The notes under the pieces are model-generated. The model made no database searches. It had not been told where the DNA came from and was given only the letters and a program-made list of their open reading frames with translations. 64,000 nucleotides of DNA from assembly GCA_022707885.1 (NCBI GenBank), contig JAKIZT010000004.1, forward strand, positions 12,243 through 76,242, given 5' to 3'. The DNA comes from Caldisericales bacterium (lineage in GTDB: Bacteria > Caldisericota > Caldisericia > JAAYUI01). A program made the translations under genes and the position numbers. Shown here piece by piece: positions 41,662-49,859 of the stretch (its first letter is position 1; every line of letters begins with the position of its first letter).

Positions 41662-44304
41662 TTACTTGCTCCTCTTCTCCCTGATCACGGCCTGGGCCGC
41701 TGCAAGGCGCGCTATCGGCACCCTGTAGGGCGAGCAGGAGACATAATCTAGTCCGACTGTGTGACAGAATTCCACTGAAGACGGCTCACCGCCATGCTCT
41801 CCACATATTCCGCAATGGAGACCCGGTCTGGTCTTGCGGCCCTTTTCAACTGCCATTCTGACAAGCTGGCCAACGCCGCGCTGGTCAAGGACCTGGAATG
41901 GGTCTTTCTCAAGAATACCCTTGTCGATGTAATCCCTGATAAATTTGCCAACGTCGTCCCTCGAGAAGCCGAAGGTCATCTGGGTGAGATCATTTGTTCC
42001 AAAGCTGAAGAATTCTGCTTCCTTGGCGACATCATCAGCAGTGAGGGCACCCCTTGGTACCTCTATCATTGTGCCAACCTGGAAATCGACCCTGCAACCC
42101 ATTGCCTTGAAGACTTCTTCAGCCGCTTCAAGGACAAGCTTTTTCTGGTTTGCAAGCTCGTTTACATCGCCAACAAGCGGGATCATGATTTCAGGATAGA
42201 CTTCGACATTTTGTTGTTTGAGCTGGCATGCGGCCTCAAGAATTGCCCTTGCCTGCATTATGGTGATTTCCGGATAAACTATCCCAAGCCTGCAACCCCT
42301 GTGGCCAAGCATCGGGTTTACTTCGTGGAGGGACTCAATCTTGTTGCGGAGCTTCTCTTCCGAAATACCCATATCAGCTGCAAGTTCTTTTATCTCTTCA
42401 TCCTGGTGAGGAAGGAACTCGTGAAGTGGCGGATCAAGTGTTCTGATGGTTACATGGTGGCCCCTCATTGCCTCAAGGATGCCAACAAAATCTTCTCTCT
42501 GGAACGGAAGGAGTTTTTCGAGTGCTTTTTTGCGACCACCAAGGTCATCAGCAAGGATCATCTCCCTCATCGCCTTGATGCGGTCTGGAGCAAAGAACAT
42601 ATGCTCTGTTCTGCAAAGTCCGATGCCATGGGCGCCGAAGTTTCTTGCTACCTTTGCATCGAACGGGGTATCAGCATTGGTGCGGACTTCCAGCCTGCGA
42701 GTCTTGTCTGCCCATTCCATAAACTGGGTAAAATCGCTTGTAAATTCAGGATCCTTGGTCTCGAGTTTTTCGCCATAGACTTCGCCGGTGCTTCCATCCA
42801 GCGTTATCCAGTCGCCTTCTTTGTATTTTTTGCCACCAACTTCAAAGAATTTGCCTTCCGCGCTGACAGTTATTGCACCACAACCAACGACACAGCATTT
42901 GCCCATTCCTCTGCCGACAACTGCTGCGTGCGATGTCATTCCACCAGTTGCAGTGAGGATGCCCTGGCTTTTTGCCATGCCCATTACGTCTTCAGGTGAG
43001 GTTTCAGCCCTGACCAGAATGACCTTCTTTTTCTGCTCGGACCACTCTATTGCGTCCTCTGCAGTAAAGACGGCCTGTCCAACCGCAGCACCTGGGGATG
43101 CCGGGAGGCCCTTTGCGATGGCTTTTGCCAACGCCTTGGATTTCGGATCGAGTCTCTTGTGAAGGAGCTGGTCAAGCTCTTGCGGGTTGACCCTCATGAG
43201 TGCTTCTTCCTTGTCAACTATTCCCTCCGAAACGAGATCAACCGCTATCTTGACGGCGGCCTGGGCGGCCCTTTTTCCATTACGGGTTTGAAGGAGATAA
43301 AGTTTTCCTCTTTCAATTGTGAACTCTACGTCCTGCATGTCCTTATAGTTTTTCTCGAGTCTCTCGAATGCCTCTGTGAGCTGCTTGTAGCATATTGGCA
43401 TTTCCTGCTCGAGCTTTGCTATTGGTGACGGGGTGCGTATACCTGCAACAACATCTTCTCCCTGGGCGTTTGTGAGGTACTCCCCAAAATAATGCCTGTC
43501 TCCTATTGACGGGTTTCTTGTAAAGCAGACGCCAGTGCCCGAATCATCGCCCATGTTTCCAAAGACCATGGTCTGGACATTGACGGCAGTCCCTCTGAGG
43601 CCCCTGATGTCATAAAGCTGTCTGTAGGCGTGAGCCCTTGGATTGTTCCATGACTTGAAAACTGCAATGATTGCAGCAAAAAGCTGCTCGTTCGGATCTT
43701 GCGGGAATGGCTTTCCTGTTGCCTTGAGGACAACCTGCTTGTAGCCTTCGATAACTTTTTTGAGGTCGTCCGCTTTTAGGTCCTGGTCAGTCTTTGCACC
43801 AGAAGATTCTTTAACATGGTCGAGGACTTCTTCAAAATCGTCATGGTTGATTCCGAGAACAACGTTTCCAAACATCTGCATGAGCCTGCGGTAGCAGTCA
43901 AAAGCAAACCTTTCATTGTTTGTGAGTTTTGCAAATCCTGCGGCAGTCTCATCATTGAGTCCAAGGTTCAGGATGGTGTCCATCATTCCAGGCATTGAGA
44001 CGGCAGCACCGGAACGGACCGAAACCAGAAGAGGATTTCCTGGATTGCCAAACTTTTTGCCGGTTTTTGATTCGACACCCTTTATGTGTTCGAGGATATC
44101 TTTCTTGAAATCCTCAGGGAGCTTTTCCTGCCATGGTCCATAATAGTATTCACAGCCAAATGTAACAATTGTGAAGCCTGGGGGTACGGGCATCCCAATT
44201 GATGTCATTTTGGCCAGTCCGGCGCCTTTTCCTCCAAGGACTGCCTTCTGGTCTTTTTCAGGTACTGCGATTGCATCTTCAAAGTGATAAATTAGCCTCT
44301 CCAT
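41662..44304 (-). CDS. ppdK: Pyruvate, phosphate dikinase
   Basis: 880 aa. Phospho-His domain GGMTSHAAVVGRGMGKCCVVGC, the PEP-utilising TIM barrel, and the N-terminal ATP-grasp. Confidence 0.95.
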   Translation of the reverse strand: MERLIYHFEDAIAVPEKDQKAVLGGKGAGLAKMTSIGMPVPPGFTIVTFGCEYYYGPWQEKLPEDFKKDILEHIKGVESKTGKKFGNPGNPLLVSVRSGAAVSMPGMMDTILNLGLNDETAAGFAKLTNNERFAFDCYRRLMQMFGNVVLGINHDDFEEVLDHVKESSGAKTDQDLKADDLKKVIEGYKQVVLKATGKPFPQDPNEQLFAAIIAVFKSWNNPRAHAYRQLYDIRGLRGTAVNVQTMVFGNMGDDSGTGVCFTRNPSIGDRHYFGEYLTNAQGEDVVAGIRTPSPIAKLEQEMPICYKQLTEAFERLEKNYKDMQDVEFTIERGKLYLLQTRNGKRAAQAAVKIAVDLVSEGIVDKEEALMRVNPQELDQLLHKRLDPKSKALAKAIAKGLPASPGAAVGQAVFTAEDAIEWSEQKKKVILVRAETSPEDVMGMAKSQGILTATGGMTSHAAVVGRGMGKCCVVGCGAITVSAEGKFFEVGGKKYKEGDWITLDGSTGEVYGEKLETKDPEFTSDFTQFMEWADKTRRLEVRTNADTPFDAKVARNFGAHGIGLCRTEHMFFAPDRIKAMREMILADDLGGRKKALEKLLPFQREDFVGILEAMRGHHVTIRTLDPPLHEFLPHQDEEIKELAADMGISEEKLRNKIESLHEVNPMLGHRGCRLGIVYPEITIMQARAILEAACQLKQQNVEVYPEIMIPLVGDVNELANQKKLVLEAAEEVFKAMGCRVDFQVGTMIEVPRGALTADDVAKEAEFFSFGTNDLTQMTFGFSRDDVGKFIRDYIDKGILEKDPFQVLDQRGVGQLVRMAVEKGRKTRPGLHCGICGEHGGEPSSVEFCHTVGLDYVSCSPYRVPIARLAAAQAVIREKRSK

Positions 44305-44386
44305 TGCACTCTCCAGTCGTATTTTTTAACCCTCTGATTTTCCAACAGAAAGTGATTTATGTCAACAAAGCCAAATCCTTTCTTTA

Positions 44387-44416
44387 TTGACATTATGGTC
44401 ACTGGATGGTTAGAAT
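44387..44416 (+). promoter_or_regulatory. Putative promoter for rpmH: TTGACA, 18 nt spacer, TAGAAT
   Basis: TTGACA at 44387-44392 and TAGAAT at 44411-44416, about 30 nt upstream of the rpmH ATG (RBS GGAGGT). Confidence 0.4.
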
Positions 44417-44445
44417 CTAACGACATTGTATTGGAGGTATTTATT

Positions 44446-44583
44446 ATGCGCACACATATGAGACCACACAATCGCAAGCGTCTTCGCGTCTCTGGCTTTA
44501 GAACTAGGATGAGAACGAGGGGTGGAAGGGCTGTTTTGGCTCGCAGGAGAGCCAGAGGTCGTTGGAGAATTGCCATTTCATGA
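44446..44583 (+). CDS. rpmH: 50S ribosomal protein L34
   Basis: MRTHMRPHNRKRLRVSGFRTRMRTRGGRAVLARRRARGRWRIAIS matches the L34 consensus (..KRT.QP...KR...GFR.RM.T..GR.VL..RR.KGR..L). The ORF track start (44359) is an upstream in-frame artefact. A GGAGGT RBS precedes 44446. Confidence 0.85.
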   Translation: MRTHMRPHNRKRLRVSGFRTRMRTRGGRAVLARRRARGRWRIAIS

Positions 44584-45029
44584 AACTCCCCGATCGCTTA
44601 ACGGCGGGGCAGATCCACAATCTTTTTAAATCAGGTTCATCAGTGCACTCAAAGGCCCTCAGGATAGTCTATCTGGAGGGCCTTGAATCTGGTGGCGCAG
44701 TATCTTACATCTCACCAAAAAGTCTTGGAAAAGCACACACAAGAAACAGGGCAAGGAGACTTCTACGGGAGGCTTTTGTATTATCTGAAATATGTGTCGA
44801 CAAAAACATTGGCATAGCAATAATTGCAAGGACGTCAGTGCTGGGGATGAACCCAACTCAACTATCTTCCGAAATATCAAAGCTGATATCGCAGATGCAT
44901 TCAAAGAAGCATTATCAGCCCCATTTCTCTTCCTCATATCAGTCTACCGAACGCTCATCTCGCCAATCATCCCTTCACGCTGCATCTATACCCCGACATG
45001 CTCAAGATATGCCTATGACGCAATTTTAA
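44580..45029 (+). CDS. rnpA: Ribonuclease P protein component (3' end uncertain)
   Basis: The ATG overlaps the rpmH stop (ATGA). RNR motif HTRNRARRLLREAF. The ORF runs to 150 aa with a low-complexity tail that overlaps yidD. Confidence 0.65.
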   Translation: MKLPDRLTAGQIHNLFKSGSSVHSKALRIVYLEGLESGGAVSYISPKSLGKAHTRNRARRLLREAFVLSEICVDKNIGIAIIARTSVLGMNPTQLSSEISKLISQMHSKKHYQPHFSSSYQSTERSSRQSSLHAASIPRHAQDMPMTQF

Positions 45030-45121
45030 AATATGGGCCAATAAAGGGTGGCTTCCTCGCAATCAAAAGAATCCTAAGGTGCAGGCCAGGAATGCCAGGC
45101 GGATATGATCCGGTTCCCTGA
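44894..45121 (+). CDS. yidD: Membrane protein insertion efficiency factor YidD (start codon unresolved)
   Basis: FLISVYRTLISPIIPSRCIYTPTCSRYAYDAILKYGPIKGGFLAIKRILRCRPGMPGGYDPVP is the canonical YidD signature. There is no in-frame ATG/GTG/TTG near the conserved N-terminus. Confidence 0.55.
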   Translation, partial: DAFKEALSAPFLFLISVYRTLISPIIPSRCIYTPTCSRYAYDAILKYGPIKGGFLAIKRILRCRPGMPGGYDPVP

Positions 45122-45133
45122 AAAGGAGTATCA

Positions 45134-46660
45134 ATGAAAAAAATAGCAGCAATATTGGCGATAACAGTTCTGACCATCTGGCCGATCGCCGGTTTGGTAT
45201 CAGGAGCTCAACTCTCAGTCAAATTCAGCACTTCTGTTGAGGTACTGGCAGGGAACAGCAGTATTGTTCCAGTGGAAGTAACAAACACCGGCAGCGAACC
45301 AATCGAAAACGCATTTGTTACAATATCTTCTTTTGATGGCAAACCGCTAGGTCTGGAATCAGGTGCCAGGTTAGTACAGGGTTCGCAGGAGAAAATAGGT
45401 ATCCAGAGGATTGATGCAGGCAGCACCGAGAAAATAAAATTCCAGGTTGAATTTTTGTCGTCCTTAAAATCTGGCGCCAAAAAAATTGTCTTCTCTCTCG
45501 AATCAAATGGTCAAACAGCCACTGGCGAATCAGAAATCAATGTTATTGAAAACCCCAACCAGCCAAGCGCCAAAAAAATCATTGTAAGTTCAGACGCCGA
45601 GAGCTATCCAAACAGCAATTTCACTTATACGGTCAAGGTTGAAAACCCAAAAAGTGATAGTGATGGCGTAATGGACATGGTTGATCTGAAGGTTGAGCTC
45701 CTGTCAATAAATGGAAAACAGCTTAAGGAATTCACAGCGGAAGAAGCCAAAAAAGACAGCTTTTTCAGGCCAATTTTCAAAAGCTCGCTTGTGGTTTCAC
45801 CAGACAACCCGGAAAGAAAGCTCGCTCCTGGTGATTCTTTCGAAGCAAAGTTTATGCTCGCAACAGGACCAGACATTGAGCTTGGTTCATACAAGGCAAA
45901 AATAAAGATAACCTGGCAACCGGCAGACACAAAACTGCCGATGCAAACAAATGAGATTGAAGGTAACATAGAAGTCAAGCAGGTCACCTGGTACACATTT
46001 GCAGTCAGGTGGGTCATTGATGGCCTTGCAAAAACGGTTGGGTTTGGCAATTACGCAATCACAATAATCATCTTCGCGCTGCTTGTTAAACTGTGCTTCT
46101 GGCCACTCTCAAACGCACAGTTTAAAAACATGGAAAAGATGGCCAAGATACAACCACTCCTGAATGCACTCAAGCAGAAGTATCCAAGAAAAGAAGACGC
46201 GCAAAAACTCCAGGAAGAGACAATGGCCATCTACAAGGAAAACAATGTCAATTTCCTTTCTGGATGTCTCCCACTCCTAATCCAGCTTCCAATCGTAATG
46301 GCACTTTATTCTGGAATAAGCGGATTTGCCCCGCTCAACTATGCCAACTTTATCTGGCTCCCTTCACTTGGTCTTGCAGATCCATTCTACATCATGCCAA
46401 TCCTTCTTGCGGCTTCCACATGGCTCCAGCAAAAAGTTTCTACAATGCCAGGACAGGATCAGCAGAGTGCATCATTCCAGATTATGTTCCCAGCAATGAT
46501 GTTCCTCTTCGGCATCAATTTCCCTTCAGGCATTTCTCTTTACTGGTTCATGTTCAACCTTGCTTCTATAATCCATCAAATGGTCTACAATAAAGGAGCC
46601 TTTGGAAAATTCATTCCAACAGGAATCATTAAACCAGTTTCAAAGGGAATAAAGAAATGA
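45134..46660 (+). CDS. yidC: YidC/Oxa1-family membrane protein insertase with an unusually large (about 290 aa) N-terminal extracytoplasmic beta-rich domain
   Basis: C-terminal 60-kDa inner-membrane-protein core: WPLSNAQFKNMEKMAKIQP, NFLSGCLPLLIQLPIVMALY, and 5 TM helices. N-terminal signal/TM followed by Ig-like beta-rich sequence. Confidence 0.85.
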   Translation: MKKIAAILAITVLTIWPIAGLVSGAQLSVKFSTSVEVLAGNSSIVPVEVTNTGSEPIENAFVTISSFDGKPLGLESGARLVQGSQEKIGIQRIDAGSTEKIKFQVEFLSSLKSGAKKIVFSLESNGQTATGESEINVIENPNQPSAKKIIVSSDAESYPNSNFTYTVKVENPKSDSDGVMDMVDLKVELLSINGKQLKEFTAEEAKKDSFFRPIFKSSLVVSPDNPERKLAPGDSFEAKFMLATGPDIELGSYKAKIKITWQPADTKLPMQTNEIEGNIEVKQVTWYTFAVRWVIDGLAKTVGFGNYAITIIIFALLVKLCFWPLSNAQFKNMEKMAKIQPLLNALKQKYPRKEDAQKLQEETMAIYKENNVNFLSGCLPLLIQLPIVMALYSGISGFAPLNYANFIWLPSLGLADPFYIMPILLAASTWLQQKVSTMPGQDQQSASFQIMFPAMMFLFGINFPSGISLYWFMFNLASIIHQMVYNKGAFGKFIPTGIIKPVSKGIKK

Positions 46661-47148
46661 GCAATGGCAATAACCAGAAAAACACAAAGATGCAGGAAGT
46701 CCAAGTAAAAGACTTCCTTATGGAATTCATCCCCGAGCTCTTCAAAAATATGGGGGAAGATGTACATGTCAGGGTATCAAAAGAAATAGATACCATGTTC
46801 GTTTCCGTCGAGCTGGACGACCCTGCAGTGTACATCGGAAAATCCGGGGAGTGCCTCGCTTCCCTCCAGTTCATCATAAACATGATCCTTCAGCGCAAGG
46901 AGTGGAATGCAGTTAGAATAACCCTTGATATTGGCGGATACAAAAGACGCCAGATTGACATACTGAAGAACATAGCCCAAAACGCAGCTCTCAAAGTCAG
47001 GCGTTTCGGAAGACCGGTAGAACTTCAGCCAATGTCAGCGTTTGCAAGGCGCATCATCCACACAACCCTAAAGGACAATCCCTCGGTGTTCACACACTCG
47101 ATAGATGAAGAGCCGAGACGAAGGGTTGTGGTCGACCTAAGGAAGTAA
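46657..47148 (+). CDS. jag: Jag/KhpB-like RNA-binding protein (KH plus R3H domains)
   Basis: R3H motif RRIIHTTL, and the canonical position between yidC and mnmE. Confidence 0.75.
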   Translation: MSNGNNQKNTKMQEVQVKDFLMEFIPELFKNMGEDVHVRVSKEIDTMFVSVELDDPAVYIGKSGECLASLQFIINMILQRKEWNAVRITLDIGGYKRRQIDILKNIAQNAALKVRRFGRPVELQPMSAFARRIIHTTLKDNPSVFTHSIDEEPRRRVVVDLRK

Positions 47149-48354
47149 TTGGAAACAATATTTGCCCAGGCAACTGCTCCGGTACCACAAGCAGTCGGAA
47201 TAATAAGGATCTCCGGAGACAATGCTTTTGCTATAGCAGAAAAGATCATTCCCGCTGGACTCCCTGACGCCGGCAAGTTCGGCTTCAGGGATGTCGCTAG
47301 CGAAGACGGTGAGAAATTTGATTCTGGGGTTGTGCTGGTATTTAAATCACCCAATTCATTCACCGGTGAGGATGTCGTGGAAATACAAGTTCACGGCAGC
47401 CAGGCAGTTATCAATAAAATCCTTTTCATGCTTGGCAAATTGGGTGCAAGACAAGCCAAACCTGGTGAATTCTCAATGAGGGCCTTTATGAATGGAAAGG
47501 CTGGCCTTGCCGATCTTGAGCTTGCCAATGCCCTCACCAGCTCCACGGATGCCTCAAAAGGACTCCGGCCTCAGCTCGAAGAAATAAGGAACGACCTTCT
47601 CTTTATCATCTCATCTCTGGAAGCCTCCATCAGTTTTCCAAACGATGTCGGCGACGAAGATTCCATAAAAAAACAAACTACAAATCTTTTATTCAAGATA
47701 AAATCCCTGCTTGGCTCATGTTCAAAACCCGGTTTGCCAAGAGTTGTCCTCGCAGGGCCTCAAAATGCAGGCAAATCAACACTTTTTAATTTTATCCTTG
47801 GTTTTGAAAGAACAGTTACATCAGACATTGCAGGCACAACAAGAGATTGGGTGCCACAGACAACAAAGATTGCCGGCAGAACAGTTGAGCTTGTGGACGG
47901 ACCAGGCCTGGACGCTTCTCCAGATACTGGGCAGTCATCTTTCAGGAAATTATTTGATTCGGCCGACTGCATCGTCTGGCTCGATCCTGCCGCAGTGAAG
48001 CCAGAATTTGCTGATGGAAGATTTTTGATGGTGCAGTCACAATCTGATAAGGAAGGGTTTCCAGCCCAGCAAGGCTGGCTCCGTGTGTCAGGCAAATATG
48101 GTTTAGGGACAGACGAACTTTATAAAAAGATACTGCAAGTACTCGGTCAAAAGCCCTTTGCTGCAACAGAAAGGCAGATATCGCTTCTTGCTTCCCTTGA
48201 GAATTCAGTTACATCAGCGCTTGAATGCCAGACCGATGATGCGATGGCCTTTGAGCTCTCATCAGTTTTTCAGATGGTGTCCGAGCTTGACGGCATCGGG
48301 GCATCACAGGAAGTCCTTGAATCAATTTTTTCCAGTTTTTGTATCGGAAAATGA
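47149..48354 (+). CDS. mnmE: tRNA modification GTPase MnmE
   Basis: N-terminal THF-binding region GIIRISG, G-domain GPQNAGKSTLFN, and the C-terminal CIGK tetrapeptide. Confidence 0.85.
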   Translation: METIFAQATAPVPQAVGIIRISGDNAFAIAEKIIPAGLPDAGKFGFRDVASEDGEKFDSGVVLVFKSPNSFTGEDVVEIQVHGSQAVINKILFMLGKLGARQAKPGEFSMRAFMNGKAGLADLELANALTSSTDASKGLRPQLEEIRNDLLFIISSLEASISFPNDVGDEDSIKKQTTNLLFKIKSLLGSCSKPGLPRVVLAGPQNAGKSTLFNFILGFERTVTSDIAGTTRDWVPQTTKIAGRTVELVDGPGLDASPDTGQSSFRKLFDSADCIVWLDPAAVKPEFADGRFLMVQSQSDKEGFPAQQGWLRVSGKYGLGTDELYKKILQVLGQKPFAATERQISLLASLENSVTSALECQTDDAMAFELSSVFQMVSELDGIGASQEVLESIFSSFCIGK

Positions 48355-49347
48355 CCGGCTCGCATAAAAACCATTAGGGAGCTTTATTACAAATCCCTTT
48401 ATATCAAGAACTGTGATTATCCCAAGCAATGCCTCTGCATTGAGGCCAGTTTTGTCACATATTTCATCGATCCTGCACGGTACCATGCAAGCCAGCAGAA
48501 CAGCCTTTTCTGTTTCGCTTAAAGATTCATCAGCATATAAGGTTGTCTTTCCGTACAAAGACAGTACATCTGAAGGTGAATCCACAAGCAAGGCGCCATC
48601 TTTGATGAGCCTGTTGCAACCCTCAAAATTCTGCATGCCAGGAAGCCCGGGGCAGGCCAGCACATACCTGCCCAAATCCAGTGCATCTTTAGCTGTTATC
48701 AGTGCACCAGATGATTTCGGGGCCTCAACAACAAGACAAGCTTTTGAAAGAGCGGCGATTATTCTGTTTCGCCATGGGAAAGTCCATCTGTCACCTGGAA
48801 AATTGGGTGGAAACTCCGAAACAATGGCGCCTTTTACTGAAATCCTCTTTTTGAGCTCCCTTTGAGTCGCGCTTTTGGCCTGGTTTATCCCACAACCAAG
48901 AACAGCAATTGTTGGTTTATCAGCATCAAGGGCACCCCAATGTGAAGCTGAATCGATCCCGTCTGCCATTCCGGAGACCACAACAATCCCTGTTTTTGAA
49001 AACTCAAAAGCCATGTTCCTGGCAATCCCTGTTCCATGTGGCGAGGCCTTTCTTGTCCCCACCATCGCAACAAGGTCCAGGGTTTCAGGGAGCCCACCAA
49101 AAACAAAGAGTGCCGCTGGTGGGCACTCTAGGTCAAAAAGTTTTTTTGGGTATTTCTCGTCATCCTGGCAAACAAATTCGATGCCTGATGACTCGATTTC
49201 AGAAAGACCGGTATTTATGGCTGTCTCGATCTCATGCTTGCCAAAGTCTTTCAGTATTTCCTCAGGTCCCCTCTCTTTCAACTTCCCCAGGGCCTGCGGC
49301 TTCAAGGCAAGCAAATAAGAGACGGCCAGCCAGTAGTTCCGGTCCAC
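48322..49347 (-). CDS. dprA: DNA-processing protein DprA (Smf)
   Basis: Rossmann-like DprA core GTRKASPHGTGIARNMAFEFSKTGIVVVSGMADGIDSASHWGAL...VVEAPKSSGALITAKDALDLGRYVLACPG. Confidence 0.85.
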   Translation of the reverse strand: MDRNYWLAVSYLLALKPQALGKLKERGPEEILKDFGKHEIETAINTGLSEIESSGIEFVCQDDEKYPKKLFDLECPPAALFVFGGLPETLDLVAMVGTRKASPHGTGIARNMAFEFSKTGIVVVSGMADGIDSASHWGALDADKPTIAVLGCGINQAKSATQRELKKRISVKGAIVSEFPPNFPGDRWTFPWRNRIIAALSKACLVVEAPKSSGALITAKDALDLGRYVLACPGLPGMQNFEGCNRLIKDGALLVDSPSDVLSLYGKTTLYADESLSETEKAVLLACMVPCRIDEICDKTGLNAEALLGIITVLDIKGFVIKLPNGFYASRSFSDTKTGKN

Positions 49348-49626
49348 TTAAAGTTTTTTCTGATAGTTGTATGCTAGAACGGCAAGGCCAGTGAACAGCA
49401 ACATGGTGCCAAAGAGCGCCACAACCCATTGCTGGAGGCCATTATATTTCAGGAGTGGCTTGAGACTTGATGCAAGCCCTACTTTGTCTATTCTTGCGGC
49501 ACTCTGCATGCCATCAACCAGCTCGAGCGTCATTATCGCAAGAAAACAGCCAAGTGCAATAAGAACAAGCAGCACCATTACTGCGGTTATTTTCTCTTGC
49601 TTCATTTTTTCTCCTTTGAGAGCCAC
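49348..49626 (-). CDS. Small membrane protein (2 TM), last gene of the Rieske/cyt b/Flx-like operon
   Basis: 92 aa with two hydrophobic helices. Immediately follows the next small ORF and abuts dprA. Confidence 0.4.
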   Translation of the reverse strand: MALKGEKMKQEKITAVMVLLVLIALGCFLAIMTLELVDGMQSAARIDKVGLASSLKPLLKYNGLQQWVVALFGTMLLFTGLAVLAYNYQKKL

Positions 49627-49859
49627 TTGTCAAACAGCTTTACTCTTTTGACTACCTTTCCCCTGTTGTCTTCTGAAGCGTACATTCCAAAAACCAGAAG
49701 AAACATCATGGCCAAAAAGATGAGACCAAAAGCAACAAGCTGGACAAAACCGAATGGACCCAGTTCTCCCAGTACCTTTGCTGTCTGGACGAGCTGTGCA
49801 AGCGAAAGCACTCCAACCAGCAAGGCAAGGATAAAAATCAGGGTCCATTCATTTTTCAC
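49602..49859 (-). CDS. Small membrane protein (2 TM) in the Rieske/cyt b/Flx-like operon
   Basis: 85 aa with two hydrophobic helices and a basic C-terminus. Overlaps the cytochrome b gene by 4 nt. Confidence 0.4.
   Translation of the reverse strand: MKNEWTLIFILALLVGVLSLAQLVQTAKVLGELGPFGFVQLVAFGLIFLAMMFLLVFGMYASEDNRGKVVKRVKLFDKWLSKEKK

Noticed and set aside
41794-42999. 401-aa plus-strand ORF antisense to ppdK
   Set aside because: ppdK homology on the minus strand is unambiguous. The antisense ORF has no RBS and no motif.
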